From Leptospira sp. (GTDB lineage: Bacteria; Spirochaetota; Leptospiria; Leptospirales; Leptospiraceae): a stretch of DNA of 64,000 nt. The notes under the pieces were generated by a model. That model was not told where the DNA came from, did not search any database, and saw nothing but the letters and a program-made list of their open reading frames with translations. This document shows positions 20,656-30,946 of this stretch, in pieces (the stretch's first letter is position 1; the number at the start of each line of letters is the position of its first letter). The stretch spans positions 192,001 to 256,000 of the forward strand of contig JAWXAQ010000008.1 of NCBI GenBank assembly GCA_034439575.1, given 5' to 3'. The position numbers and the translations under genes are program-made.

Positions 20656-22284
20656 TTATTTGGGAAGATAGGCTCCTGGATCTAAGGCTTGTTGTGAAGG
20701 GCCCTTTCTAACTTCAAAATGTAGGTGTGGTCCAGTTGACTTTCCTGTATTGCCAACTTCGCCTATGATATCGCCCGATTTTACGACTTCACCTTCAGCG
20801 ACTTTTCTCTCATTCTGATGGGCATAATAAGTATAAATATTGTTTTTATGACTAAGAATTGTCAATACACCATAACCACCGCTAGTTGTTATGGTTCTCC
20901 AAACTTTACCATCACTAACTGCTCGAATGGGGGTCCCGACACTCGCAGGTAAATCAACTCCAGAATGAAAGGCTCCCACTTTTCCAGTCACAGGATCTAC
21001 ACGAGTGCCGTAAGCAGAAGAAACATAACGATCATTATCTACTGGCAATTGAAAATACTTTGAGATATCATCATTGTCTACTAATTGGCCTTTATCTTTT
21101 GAAACAAAACCACCAAATACCCAACCTTCCCAAGTATCATCCCAGCTAACATAAATCCATCTTGACCTTACTCCACCGATAGTTTCTAATTCCGGTTTCG
21201 CATCTATGATTTTTACTTTTTCATCTCCAGGAATGGAAGTCACGACTGTTCCATAATCATTTGGTTCATCCCGAAGCCTTAGACTAATTGACCTAACATA
21301 TCTTTTTTCGCCTGATTTTAATTCTTCAGGGTTTTCTTGTGGGAATGCCGGGCCATTGTTATGATCTCCGTAGTCAGCGGCAATTTCACTTTGACTTAAG
21401 TATCCACCGAAAACCCAACCTTTTTGGTAACCACTTTGAATCTGGTGCCATACATCCGAAATTCCATCAATAGTTTCTTCATTGTTAGTTGATAATATGA
21501 CTTTTACTTTTTCGCCTTTGGCAATACGATCAATAATATATGAATTGATATCAGGATTTTCGCGAATATTTAAGCTACTGGCACTTACCCAAAAGTCCTT
21601 ATCTTTGAATTTATCATCAGTTTTTTGATTTCCTTCTTCATCTTTTAAAATATCAGATTCTAAGTTCCTAGATTTTTTATTGGAATTTACTTCTGTTGGA
21701 AAAGCAAATGCACGAGTAGTTGGAGGTTTTACAGAAGCTAGGCGACGTTCTTGCGTATCATTTTTATTGATAATTGAAGGAGAAAGATATTCCGATGGGA
21801 TATAACCCTCTTGTTTGGAAGATAATCGAATCAAACACCAGTTTGGTTTTTCTTTTTTGACTTCTTCATCGTTTTTTAAAACAAGAACAACCTCCACTTT
21901 TTCGCCTCTCTTCGTTTTGAAGGGAAGGTTGAATTTTGGTAATAAATTCGGTTCTGATTTTAATATGAAACTTTCGGAAGCATAACCAAATATTTGTTTG
22001 GTTTTTTTTGCATCTGCTCCGGGAGCATCATTGTGATCTATAACATCTTTTGCTAAGCTTGGATCCACTGGTAATTCCTCAAAATTTAAACCTGGATATC
22101 TATCCTTCAATTTTGAATAAAACTGGGCATATTTAGCTAAAATCTTTTCTTGGCTCGCTTTGTTTTTTTCCAAAAGAGCATCTTGTTTTTGTTTTGCTCT
22201 TTCATCTAATTTAGTTTGCGAAGATAAGGGAGAGAATAACAGAAGTGTGATGGTTGATATAAAAATAATACTATAAATTTTCAT
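20656..22284 (-). CDS. M23 peptidoglycan endopeptidase with SH3b domains
   Basis: SH3b SLNIRENP...GWVFGGY twice plus a diverged third; HSGVD and GPHLHFEVR zinc motifs. Confidence 0.92.
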   Translation of the reverse strand: MKIYSIIFISTITLLLFSPLSSQTKLDERAKQKQDALLEKNKASQEKILAKYAQFYSKLKDRYPGLNFEELPVDPSLAKDVIDHNDAPGADAKKTKQIFGYASESFILKSEPNLLPKFNLPFKTKRGEKVEVVLVLKNDEEVKKEKPNWCLIRLSSKQEGYIPSEYLSPSIINKNDTQERRLASVKPPTTRAFAFPTEVNSNKKSRNLESDILKDEEGNQKTDDKFKDKDFWVSASSLNIRENPDINSYIIDRIAKGEKVKVILSTNNEETIDGISDVWHQIQSGYQKGWVFGGYLSQSEIAADYGDHNNGPAFPQENPEELKSGEKRYVRSISLRLRDEPNDYGTVVTSIPGDEKVKIIDAKPELETIGGVRSRWIYVSWDDTWEGWVFGGFVSKDKGQLVDNDDISKYFQLPVDNDRYVSSAYGTRVDPVTGKVGAFHSGVDLPASVGTPIRAVSDGKVWRTITTSGGYGVLTILSHKNNIYTYYAHQNERKVAEGEVVKSGDIIGEVGNTGKSTGPHLHFEVRKGPSQQALDPGAYLPK

Positions 22285-22347
22285 TAATTCCTATGTTCCA
22301 GTGAATGAGTATAGGAGAGTTTTTAAACATGGTCAAGGTTTTTTGAT

Positions 22348-22875
22348 TCACTCTCCTTCTTCCTCATCAGGCAAAAGTGGCGTAAGGAAAAAGGATATAA
22401 ATTCAAGTTTTCCTCTCATAGAAGACTTTTCATAGATAGAGGCTGTTTGATTTTCGATCGTTCTGAGACTCTTTTTACGCACACCCGCGATTTGTTGGTG
22501 AGAAAATCCCCTTAAAATCAGAATTGCGATTTCTTTTTCTGCATCGGTCAGCTTCCAAGAATTCATCTGGGATTTCACTTCTATCCAAAAGCTAGATTCT
22601 GGGTTATTTAGAATGCGATTCGTTCTTTTTAAATCTTTAATTACCGCTTGTGCCAGGAAGTTTTCCTCCGCCTCCGTTTTCATTTCACGATAAAGGATCG
22701 AAATGGCAAGAAAGGAAGAGAGGGCAATAAAGGATTCAAATGTTGCGATCAATAATCGAAAACGATCAAAGATCTCTGGGGGATTAGTGAGAGTGTAAAT
22801 TTCTTCAATGATCCAAAGAACCAGGGAAATTACATAAAACCAAAGAAAAATAATACGGTATTTGCGTTTGTCCAT
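22348..22875 (-). CDS. Membrane-anchored LuxR-type HTH regulator
   Basis: 2 TM then LTDAEKEIAILILRGFSHQQIA...TIENQTASIYEK; RBS AGGAGG supports ATG at 22875. Confidence 0.85.
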   Translation of the reverse strand: MDKRKYRIIFLWFYVISLVLWIIEEIYTLTNPPEIFDRFRLLIATFESFIALSSFLAISILYREMKTEAEENFLAQAVIKDLKRTNRILNNPESSFWIEVKSQMNSWKLTDAEKEIAILILRGFSHQQIAGVRKKSLRTIENQTASIYEKSSMRGKLEFISFFLTPLLPDEEEGE

Positions 22876-22992
22876 CCTGATACCTCCTAAGTTTTTGGTT
22901 TCCCTCCTAAATTTCAAGGAGAATATAGTAGGTTTCCGCAATTGTGGTCATCCTCCATAGCCAACACTCTGGTTTTATGCGAAACTTTGTGT

Positions 22993-23457
22993 ATGAAACT
23001 TCGAATCTTAGCTTTGGTGATCCTTTCTTTCTTTCTGACACAATGCGCTGGCAATAATGTAAGAATTCATGATCGTTCAGAGAATTTGTTTTTCCAAGTG
23101 GCAATCGGTGATTTGGAAAAGGTGAGAAAACTACTTCGAGCAGGTTATAATGTGAACCAGCCTGAAGACACCTTTGATAGGCTCACACCTCTGATGATCG
23201 CGGCCAAAGAAGGTCATGCAGAAATGGTAGAATTACTTTTGTCATTTCGAGCTAATACAAATGCAGTGTCACATAACGGACATACTGCGCTAATGTTGGC
23301 ATCATACCATCGTTATCCCAAGGTTGTAAAAATATTATTGGATGCCGGTGCCGATCCAAATATAAAATCAAATGCAGGTCATACAGCTCTTTCTGAAATT
23401 ACGCAATCTGATAAAGAAGAAATCATACGTTTGTTAACGGAAAAAGGGGCAAAATAA
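22993..23457 (+). CDS. Ankyrin-repeat lipoprotein
   Basis: MKLRILALVILSFFLTQC lipobox from ATG 22993; TPLMIAA and TALMLAS repeats. Confidence 0.88.
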   Translation: MKLRILALVILSFFLTQCAGNNVRIHDRSENLFFQVAIGDLEKVRKLLRAGYNVNQPEDTFDRLTPLMIAAKEGHAEMVELLLSFRANTNAVSHNGHTALMLASYHRYPKVVKILLDAGADPNIKSNAGHTALSEITQSDKEEIIRLLTEKGAK

Positions 23458-23840
23458 TGTTAATTCATTTTAATATCAAAAAGATTATATTCTGTATTAT
23501 ACTATTGTTTTTTATTGGATGTTCCAATAGTAGTACCAAGTCAAGTGGTATGCAATGCAGAAACCAATGTCTCGTAGAGCAAACATTATGCATTGCCGTT
23601 ACGAGTAACCAATCTCAATCAAATGGAGCGATCACTTATTCACCAATTTGCCAAATTATAATGTTCACTTGTTTGAATTCATGTGACACCACTTCATCTT
23701 CGAGTACGCGTACAAGAACTTCAAGTGGGGGAAGCCGAAGCAGTGGCGGTTCTGGTGGTGGTAGTAGTAGCGGAGGCGGAAGTTCCGGCGGAGGGAGTAG
23801 CAGTGGTGGGGGCGGTGGCCATAGTGGTGGAGGACATTGA
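23457..23840 (+). CDS. Small Cys-rich lipoprotein with Gly/Ser tail
   Basis: Lipobox FFIGC; six further Cys; poly-GS C-terminus. Confidence 0.75.
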   Translation: MLIHFNIKKIIFCIILLFFIGCSNSSTKSSGMQCRNQCLVEQTLCIAVTSNQSQSNGAITYSPICQIIMFTCLNSCDTTSSSSTRTRTSSGGSRSSGGSGGGSSSGGGSSGGGSSSGGGGGHSGGGH

Positions 23841-24023
23841 TGGCGTTGGTATTTCCGAAACAGATAGGAAAACACTAAGAAGTTTAAATCAGGAATGAAT
23901 ACATTCTCTTATCCTGGTGCGGAAAGATTTGTAGAGTGGCTTTATCGATTTGAAAATTTTATCTTTGGTTATACCAAGCTTAATGCTAGGCGGCCATGTT
24001 ATCTTTGTGAAATTCATCTAAAA

Positions 24024-26108
24024 TTAGGCGGAATGTTTATATATAATTTTAGCTCCAATTTGTAAATTTTTATACAATCTTAAAAAAGTATCATTGGGAC
24101 TTATGCCTTCTTTATCGGATGAAAACTCTGGTTTTAATCTTCGTAAAAAATACATACCCATTTCACCTTTATTTTTTGCCGCCAATTTCCCTCGGTATTC
24201 ACATTCAAAAAAAGATTTCACTTTATCATAAGTTGTTTCTGAAAGATTGACCTCCCCTGCAAGTGATGAACTTTCCATACGACTTGCCACATTGACCGTA
24301 TCTCCCCAGACATCATAAGCAAACTTTGTTTTGCCGACCACACCTGCGACTATTGGACCTGTGTGTATGCCAATTCGTATCTCCCAGAATTTTTTTCCTA
24401 ACATTTGTTTACTTAATTTTATAAAATTCATAAATGCCCTGATTTCAAGTGCAAATAAACAAGCATCTACTGGGTGAGTAAAATTACCTTGCGGTATGCC
24501 ACCAGCTGCCATGTAGGAATCACCAATGGTTTTTAGTTTTTCGAATGTATGACGTAAGGCGATATCATCAAACTGAGAGAATACGGTATCTAATTGGGAA
24601 ATTAAATCTTCGGGTGACATTTGTTCTGCTGAGTGAGTGAAATCTTTAAAATCAGTAAACAAAATTGTAGCGGATTCATATTCCATAGGAACAACTTCGC
24701 CAGTTTCCATCAATTCTTGTGCCAATTCATCGGGTAAAATATTTTTTAACATCTTAATAGATTTTTCACGTTCTAGTTCCAAATCTTTCATTAGATTGGC
24801 ATTGTGTATAGCACCTGCTACTTGTTCTGCGAAAGAGCACATCTCAATGAATTCACTTTTTGACCAATCCAAATTTCGTGAAAGTCTAGTTAGACACAGA
24901 ATTCCGATACAATTGTTTTGAACTACGAGAGGTATTTGTGCAATAGATTCTAATTTGAATTCCTCAGTAATTTTTTGATCATAACCTGATAGTCGGCTCC
25001 TTATGGCAGAAGTTTTAATATATAAGGGTTTTCTCTTGTAAAATGTTCTATGTAAAGATCCTTCTTTTGCATTGAGAGAAACTTTAAAATTTCTAAAAAA
25101 ATTACTTATTAATAAACCTTTATTAAAGACTTCTTGGTTGGTTAAAAAAGGTTTGAGTACATTTTGTTTTTCATCATAAAGAAGAAGGAATGCGAGTTCG
25201 ACACGATGGAATGATTTTAAATATATTAATACTTCGTTAACGATATCATCTATCTTATTGTATGAGTTTAATTTTCTCATTAATCGATTCGCAAATTCTA
25301 GTTTTTCTCGATGAAGCTCTATTTGATTTTTTTCTAATTGGATTTTTTCATTTTTAAATTGCAATTCATCCATCAAAAATCCTGTCTCGATTGAACCTGC
25401 GATATAATCCCCGACGATTTTTATCTGATTGATTTCTTGTTCGGTAAGTTTTAGATTACCAGAATAATCAAACAAATCTAAGGTGCCAATAAATTTTTGT
25501 CTTTGAAATAATGGAACGATTAGAAGTGATTTTAAATTAACGGATATTTGGTTTTCATATTCGACACCGATAGTTTTATATTTTGTTAAATCAGGAATAA
25601 AAAAACTGCGTTTACGTTTCCAGGAATATGCATGAGCATACTTTGTTGTTGTTTCGGAATTGATAGGAATTTTTCGAGAAATGATTTCATTTTTGGAAAC
25701 TTCAGACAATTCTTTTGGGAAATTACTAGCATAAAACTCTAATTCCGATTCCATTTTTTTGAATGTATATAAAACATAATGCGGTATATTGTATCTTTCT
25801 TTTACATATTTTGCCAATATCTCTAATATTTCTTTAAGGTCTTTCGAGGAATTAATTTCTCTTAGCAATGAATCAAGGTCTGTTAGTTGAGAATAAGAAT
25901 TGTATAATTTATCAGAAAAATCATTGGCCTTTTCGATTGATTGTTTTAATTCGCTTTCTTTTTCTGCAATAACTTGTTTTGTAATTATAAGTTCATTATT
26001 CTTAGCGATTAATTCCATCTTATGAAAATTATTTTCTCTAAAAAATTTAATCATAAAATAAAATAATATGAGACAAAGAAAAATTAGAATCAAAACAAGG
26101 ACTAACAT
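24024..26108 (-). CDS. TM-GAF-GAF class III adenylate cyclase (catalytically intact)
   Basis: FTDFKDFT, KLKTIGDSYM, YDVWGDTVNVASRMES; two GAF-like segments. Confidence 0.92.
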   Translation of the reverse strand: MLVLVLILIFLCLILFYFMIKFFRENNFHKMELIAKNNELIITKQVIAEKESELKQSIEKANDFSDKLYNSYSQLTDLDSLLREINSSKDLKEILEILAKYVKERYNIPHYVLYTFKKMESELEFYASNFPKELSEVSKNEIISRKIPINSETTTKYAHAYSWKRKRSFFIPDLTKYKTIGVEYENQISVNLKSLLIVPLFQRQKFIGTLDLFDYSGNLKLTEQEINQIKIVGDYIAGSIETGFLMDELQFKNEKIQLEKNQIELHREKLEFANRLMRKLNSYNKIDDIVNEVLIYLKSFHRVELAFLLLYDEKQNVLKPFLTNQEVFNKGLLISNFFRNFKVSLNAKEGSLHRTFYKRKPLYIKTSAIRSRLSGYDQKITEEFKLESIAQIPLVVQNNCIGILCLTRLSRNLDWSKSEFIEMCSFAEQVAGAIHNANLMKDLELEREKSIKMLKNILPDELAQELMETGEVVPMEYESATILFTDFKDFTHSAEQMSPEDLISQLDTVFSQFDDIALRHTFEKLKTIGDSYMAAGGIPQGNFTHPVDACLFALEIRAFMNFIKLSKQMLGKKFWEIRIGIHTGPIVAGVVGKTKFAYDVWGDTVNVASRMESSSLAGEVNLSETTYDKVKSFFECEYRGKLAAKNKGEMGMYFLRRLKPEFSSDKEGISPNDTFLRLYKNLQIGAKIIYKHSA

Positions 26109-29100
26109 TTATTTAATGAGAATCCTAGCGCCACGCTTTTGTTGTGTATATAATCTATCAAATTTTTCATTTGGATGCAGTCCAGATATGTCACCTAAAT
26201 CATGTTTTAAGGCCATTAACTCTTGCACTAGAAGTGATTCACCCTCATACGTTACGATATCTTTTTGCTTTTCAAAATCGAAAAATGATTTTGCTTTTTC
26301 TATAGTTTCTTGTGAAACGTGAATGATGCCTTCTTGGGTCGCTCGTCTGATCGCTTGTGTTTGTGTAACTGTTTTGCCCCAAATATCATAACTGAATTTC
26401 GATTTTCCTATGACGCCAGCGACTACAGGTCCCGAATGCACAGCGATCGTAATACCGCTTGGCTTAAATGCGAGGTTTGAAAATTGTTCATTGAGTAAAC
26501 TTACTTCCTGTTTTATCGATAACGCCGCTAAACACGCGTCAATCGGATGAGTGAAATTTCCTATCGGGAGTCCTCCTGCTGCAATAAACATATCTCCCGT
26601 CATTTTTAATTTTTCCAAATTCCATTTTTTAATGATTTCATCAAATCTTGAAAAATATAAATCTAATCCTTCAATTAATTCTTCAGGTGTGAGTTTCGCT
26701 GTCATTTGCGAAAAACCAGAGAAACCAGTAATCAATATTGTCACATTTTCGAATTCAACTGGATTCACTCTTCCTTTCAATTGAAGCTCTTCAGCCACAT
26801 TCTTAGGTAATATATTTAAAAGTAAGGCGTCCGATTTTTTCTTTTCTTCTTCAATTTTATGTAAAAGGAAATTGTTGTTAATCGCGCTTGCTATGTGTTC
26901 AGAAACACCTATAATCGATGATCTTTCTTCTTTATTTAAACTTTTGTTTTCATCCGTAATTCCAAAAACGGCCATTGCCACCACTTCATCATTGTTAATC
27001 ATTGGTGACACAAGTAAGGATTTAGATTTTGATCGCTGGATTATTTCCCTATCAATCTCATACGGAATATGTTTTGGAATTCGTTTCATATAAAAATATT
27101 TTTTTCTCATATAACATTGATATACGAAACCTCCTTTTTCATTTAGAGGAAATTTTAAGTTCTTAAAATAATTAACTGTCTCATCATCGATTAGATTGAA
27201 ACCAGAATGGTTTAAATATCTAAATTCTTTATATTCTTTATCTAAATAAAACAAAACGCAATTTTCTATTTCATAATTGCTTTTGATAAAGGCAAAAATT
27301 TCTGCGAGTATACCTTCTAAATTCGTTAAAGAGTTAATTCTTTTTGCAAATTCATTTAATTTTTGAATCTCTGCTCTCGCGAGTTCAGAGCGTTTTTTTT
27401 CTTCTTCTGCCAGTTGAAGCAAAAGTGAATTTTGAACGGCGCCAGCAATTTGATCACAGAATCCACTGATCCTTCGTAAGTTTTCATGTTTTAACTTCAA
27501 TGAGTTGTTATATGAAGTAAAATACGCCATACCTATTACTTGGTTTTGAACAATGAGTGGAACAACGACAAAGGAAGAAAGTTTGAAATTTGTGATTATT
27601 TCTTTATCAATTTTGTTTAATGATTTTGGAATATTTGATACATAAAAGGATTTTTTGCGGAGATAAGTTTGGTATACAAAACCACCCGATTCGTTTAAGG
27701 GTATTCTTAAATTTTTTGCATAATCAATTTGAGATTTCGAAACATTTTCTGGAGTTGTGGTATTGTAAGTATAAAATTCGTTTTTGTTATAGTCTAGTAG
27801 TTGTAATATGATCGCTTCAATCTTAAATGTTTTTTGAATGTAATCAAACATTTCATCTATAATTTTAGAAAGTAAAGATTCCGAATTAATGCGTTTGGTG
27901 AACTCATTTAATTTTACTACTTCATTTTTAGCATCCTCCATTTGAATTTTGGTAATTTCTGCGATATTTCTCTCAGTATTTAAATTATCGATCAGTATTG
28001 AATTTGTTACAGAAGTGGCGATGGCTTCGCCGGTTCTTCCTGCCAATTGTAAATCTTGTTTTGTAAAAGGAACTTCATTGTTATCTTTAAATAATGTTAG
28101 TAGACCGACAACTTTTCCTTGAGAGGCAAGGGGAATGATCATTCCTGGTCTATTTCCAATTAGTCTAACAAAGGTATTATTTGATTTTGTAAGGTTTCTT
28201 TCTCTGACTTTTGAAAATGAAAATGATCTATTTCTTTTATATACTAAATAGAAGATTCCAGCATTTGGATTCAATTCAAAATTCATCTCCCTGAATTTTG
28301 CTTCTACTTCTTGGTCATAATGATCAGCAAAAACCCCTTTATGAAATACAACCATTTCCTTTTTTTCATCAATTAAAAATAAAATTAGAGAATCACAATT
28401 AAGGTCCTTCTTTAAGTATTGATATGCTTTTTCTAATATGATTTCCAATCTGATAGTGGAATTGATTGCGCGAGCAAATTCGTTTAACTGCTGTATGTTG
28501 ATTTTACTTTCTTCTAATTCTTTGGTTCTTGCAACGATCAAATCTTCTAGGCCTTCTTTCAGATTGCTTAATTGACCGTTTGATATTTCTAAGTTTTCTT
28601 TTAGTTTTGCAATATCAGAATAAGCACGCGTAAATCCATAGGAAAGGATATAACCTTGAAATAAAATAAAACCTAAAAATCCAAAAGGAATCAGGTTAGT
28701 AGTATTTATGATATTGTTTTGATAAAGTGTATCATTTAACACGGTCAAAAAAATAAAAATAAATCCGACAAGTGATAAAACGGATTTTGTTTTGCCATAT
28801 TTAAAAGCTTTAAGTATAGCGAATATTATGCGAATACAAATGAAAATTAATAATACCTGATAATAAATGGCCAATTGAGAGAATTCGGCGACAGAAAAAA
28901 ATAAAGAGATAATAAATGGTGAGAGGGCAAGAAATACAAATGTGATGGAATGTTTTCCCAAAGTTTCTGGAAAAACGAGTCTATAAAAGTAAGCAAAAAC
29001 ACCAGCGGCAATGTATGCTGTAGAGAATTCAAGACGGATAAGGTTATCCATAGAAATTTCAGGAAATATAACGCCTATTAATCGCTCACCTGTGGTTAAA

Positions 29101-29855
29101 ATCCGAAGGACAAGAAAGAAGCTAAATAGGGAAATAAACAAACTCGCTTTATCTTCCCTTCTCATAAAATACAGACCAAGATGGTATAGAGCCCATAAAA
29201 ATATGCTACCAGCAATAAACGATGTCACCTGGTAACGGTGGTTAAGTTTATTTAATATTTGGTCTCTTTCGCCAATTTCTGAACTTTCCCAAAAGCCACC
29301 TTTTCCATAATGATAGTTTGAAATTTCATAAACAAATTCAGTTTCTTCTGACAACTCTGGTAAATCTTTTGTAAGAGGTCGGTATGATGGTTCTGCATTC
29401 CTCGGATCTGAAGAAAATCTACCTTGTTCATGGAAAAGCTCTCCGTTGATGGAAAACCGATAGGACGAAGAAAGATCAAAATTGTGAATTGTTAACGTAG
29501 GAATGTGTTTTGGTAAAAGTATTTTTAATTTATATGTCGCATAACCAAAGCCTGGTAGTGGTTTCCCTTTCCATATTTCCCCTTTCCAGGAAGAGGGAAC
29601 AGAAATTGGGATGAATTCGGAGGCAAGACCATTTTTTTCATTAAATTTAATGCCGGTTAGTGATTCCCCCCAATAAAATTTCCATTCTCCATCCAAGGGT
29701 ATAGTTCCATCTTTTTTGAAATCCCAATTACGAAGATCGATGACTCCATTTATGGCTGTGGGAGCTGGTTTTTTTTTGTCAAAGATGCCACATTGAAGGT
29801 AAAATATTATAGAAAATAGAATCAGAATTCGCATTACGTTCTGCATGGGTCGCAC
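26109..29855 (-). CDS. 7TM-DISM + three GAF + degenerate class III cyclase domain
   Basis: IDLRNWDF...LDGEWKFYW extracellular domain, 7 TM, three GAF repeats, cyclase with ITGFSGFS and WGKTVTQTQAI. Confidence 0.9.
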   Translation of the reverse strand: MRPMQNVMRILILFSIIFYLQCGIFDKKKPAPTAINGVIDLRNWDFKKDGTIPLDGEWKFYWGESLTGIKFNEKNGLASEFIPISVPSSWKGEIWKGKPLPGFGYATYKLKILLPKHIPTLTIHNFDLSSSYRFSINGELFHEQGRFSSDPRNAEPSYRPLTKDLPELSEETEFVYEISNYHYGKGGFWESSEIGERDQILNKLNHRYQVTSFIAGSIFLWALYHLGLYFMRREDKASLFISLFSFFLVLRILTTGERLIGVIFPEISMDNLIRLEFSTAYIAAGVFAYFYRLVFPETLGKHSITFVFLALSPFIISLFFSVAEFSQLAIYYQVLLIFICIRIIFAILKAFKYGKTKSVLSLVGFIFIFLTVLNDTLYQNNIINTTNLIPFGFLGFILFQGYILSYGFTRAYSDIAKLKENLEISNGQLSNLKEGLEDLIVARTKELEESKINIQQLNEFARAINSTIRLEIILEKAYQYLKKDLNCDSLILFLIDEKKEMVVFHKGVFADHYDQEVEAKFREMNFELNPNAGIFYLVYKRNRSFSFSKVRERNLTKSNNTFVRLIGNRPGMIIPLASQGKVVGLLTLFKDNNEVPFTKQDLQLAGRTGEAIATSVTNSILIDNLNTERNIAEITKIQMEDAKNEVVKLNEFTKRINSESLLSKIIDEMFDYIQKTFKIEAIILQLLDYNKNEFYTYNTTTPENVSKSQIDYAKNLRIPLNESGGFVYQTYLRKKSFYVSNIPKSLNKIDKEIITNFKLSSFVVVPLIVQNQVIGMAYFTSYNNSLKLKHENLRRISGFCDQIAGAVQNSLLLQLAEEEKKRSELARAEIQKLNEFAKRINSLTNLEGILAEIFAFIKSNYEIENCVLFYLDKEYKEFRYLNHSGFNLIDDETVNYFKNLKFPLNEKGGFVYQCYMRKKYFYMKRIPKHIPYEIDREIIQRSKSKSLLVSPMINNDEVVAMAVFGITDENKSLNKEERSSIIGVSEHIASAINNNFLLHKIEEEKKKSDALLLNILPKNVAEELQLKGRVNPVEFENVTILITGFSGFSQMTAKLTPEELIEGLDLYFSRFDEIIKKWNLEKLKMTGDMFIAAGGLPIGNFTHPIDACLAALSIKQEVSLLNEQFSNLAFKPSGITIAVHSGPVVAGVIGKSKFSYDIWGKTVTQTQAIRRATQEGIIHVSQETIEKAKSFFDFEKQKDIVTYEGESLLVQELMALKHDLGDISGLHPNEKFDRLYTQQKRGARILIK

Positions 29856-29950
29856 TATTTTCGTTAGGTAGGTAAAAATTCAAAGCGGAAAATTTTTAAA
29901 TTAGAGAAACAATTTTATGCAAAGAGCAATTTATTTACACTGATAATCTT

Positions 29951-30946
29951 CTAAAAACTAACTTTGATTTTATCTATTTCCACAAGCGGTTTTAATAATA
30001 AAGTTAAGTAATCCAACATTTCATCGTTTTCTGATTTGGAATAATTTACGATTCCATTTTTTCTTTCGAAAGGATAATATAGTAGTGCCGTATCATTTCT
30101 AATTTCTTGAATTTTTCCGAAAAAGTCAGAATTCATTCTGAACGTACCTATACTGATATCATAAACTTTATTTATGGATATTTGACTTTCTAATCTTGAA
30201 ATTAATGTTCTATATTCTTCTTTCCAATTCGGCTCACGTAACATTGGATCTATGCAGATTCGAACTTTCCAACCAAGATCCAAAGCGGACTGAATGGATT
30301 GTAACCGTGAACTTAATGAAGGAGTTTTTTTTTCGATTTTGGTTATGATATTTTCAGGAGAAAGGGTCCATGCCAGTATCACATTTGGGATTGGTGTTAG
30401 ATGGGAAATACTTGGAAAATTATTTGACTTGGTTCTGATTTCTAATAATAAATTAGGTCTCGTTTCTGCGAATTCAATCCAAGCTTTTGTGGCTGGAAAA
30501 AATGACTCTGTGGCAAGTAGGTCTGTATCATAGGAAAGAGCTAAATATAAGGATTGATATAGGTTTAAAAATGCATCAGTCGCATTAAAATAATCTTCCC
30601 AATTGACAAATAACACTAAATTGGCGGAAGAAAACATTCCTTGCAAATAACAATAGGCACAATCATAAATACAATTTAAAGCAAGAGTGTTGTAATAGAA
30701 GTGAGGCGAATCAAAGTTTGGTGAAAAATGACTCCCTTCGTATAAAAATTGTTCATTTCTTTTTGCTAAAATTAATTTTGGCGATTTTTTCTGTAAAATG
30801 AAATCTTGACCGCGCCGATTGAAGACATCCTTATAATGTTTAATAGGAACTATGACACTGCTTTTAAATTTTTGCAATATGAGTTTTGTTCTAGGATGTT
30901 CGATAATCGCATCTTCTATATATATATGAGAGAATGACTTAAACAT
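29951..30946 (-). CDS. Spore photoproduct lyase-like radical SAM protein
   Basis: NCIYDCAYCYLQ CX3CX2C motif, EIRTKS, LAWTLSP. Confidence 0.85.
   Translation of the reverse strand: MFKSFSHIYIEDAIIEHPRTKLILQKFKSSVIVPIKHYKDVFNRRGQDFILQKKSPKLILAKRNEQFLYEGSHFSPNFDSPHFYYNTLALNCIYDCAYCYLQGMFSSANLVLFVNWEDYFNATDAFLNLYQSLYLALSYDTDLLATESFFPATKAWIEFAETRPNLLLEIRTKSNNFPSISHLTPIPNVILAWTLSPENIITKIEKKTPSLSSRLQSIQSALDLGWKVRICIDPMLREPNWKEEYRTLISRLESQISINKVYDISIGTFRMNSDFFGKIQEIRNDTALLYYPFERKNGIVNYSKSENDEMLDYLTLLLKPLVEIDKIKVSF

Noticed and set aside
23636-23898. Pro-rich and Val-rich ORFs
   Set aside because: Alternative frames of the Gly/Ser codon run in the lipoprotein gene
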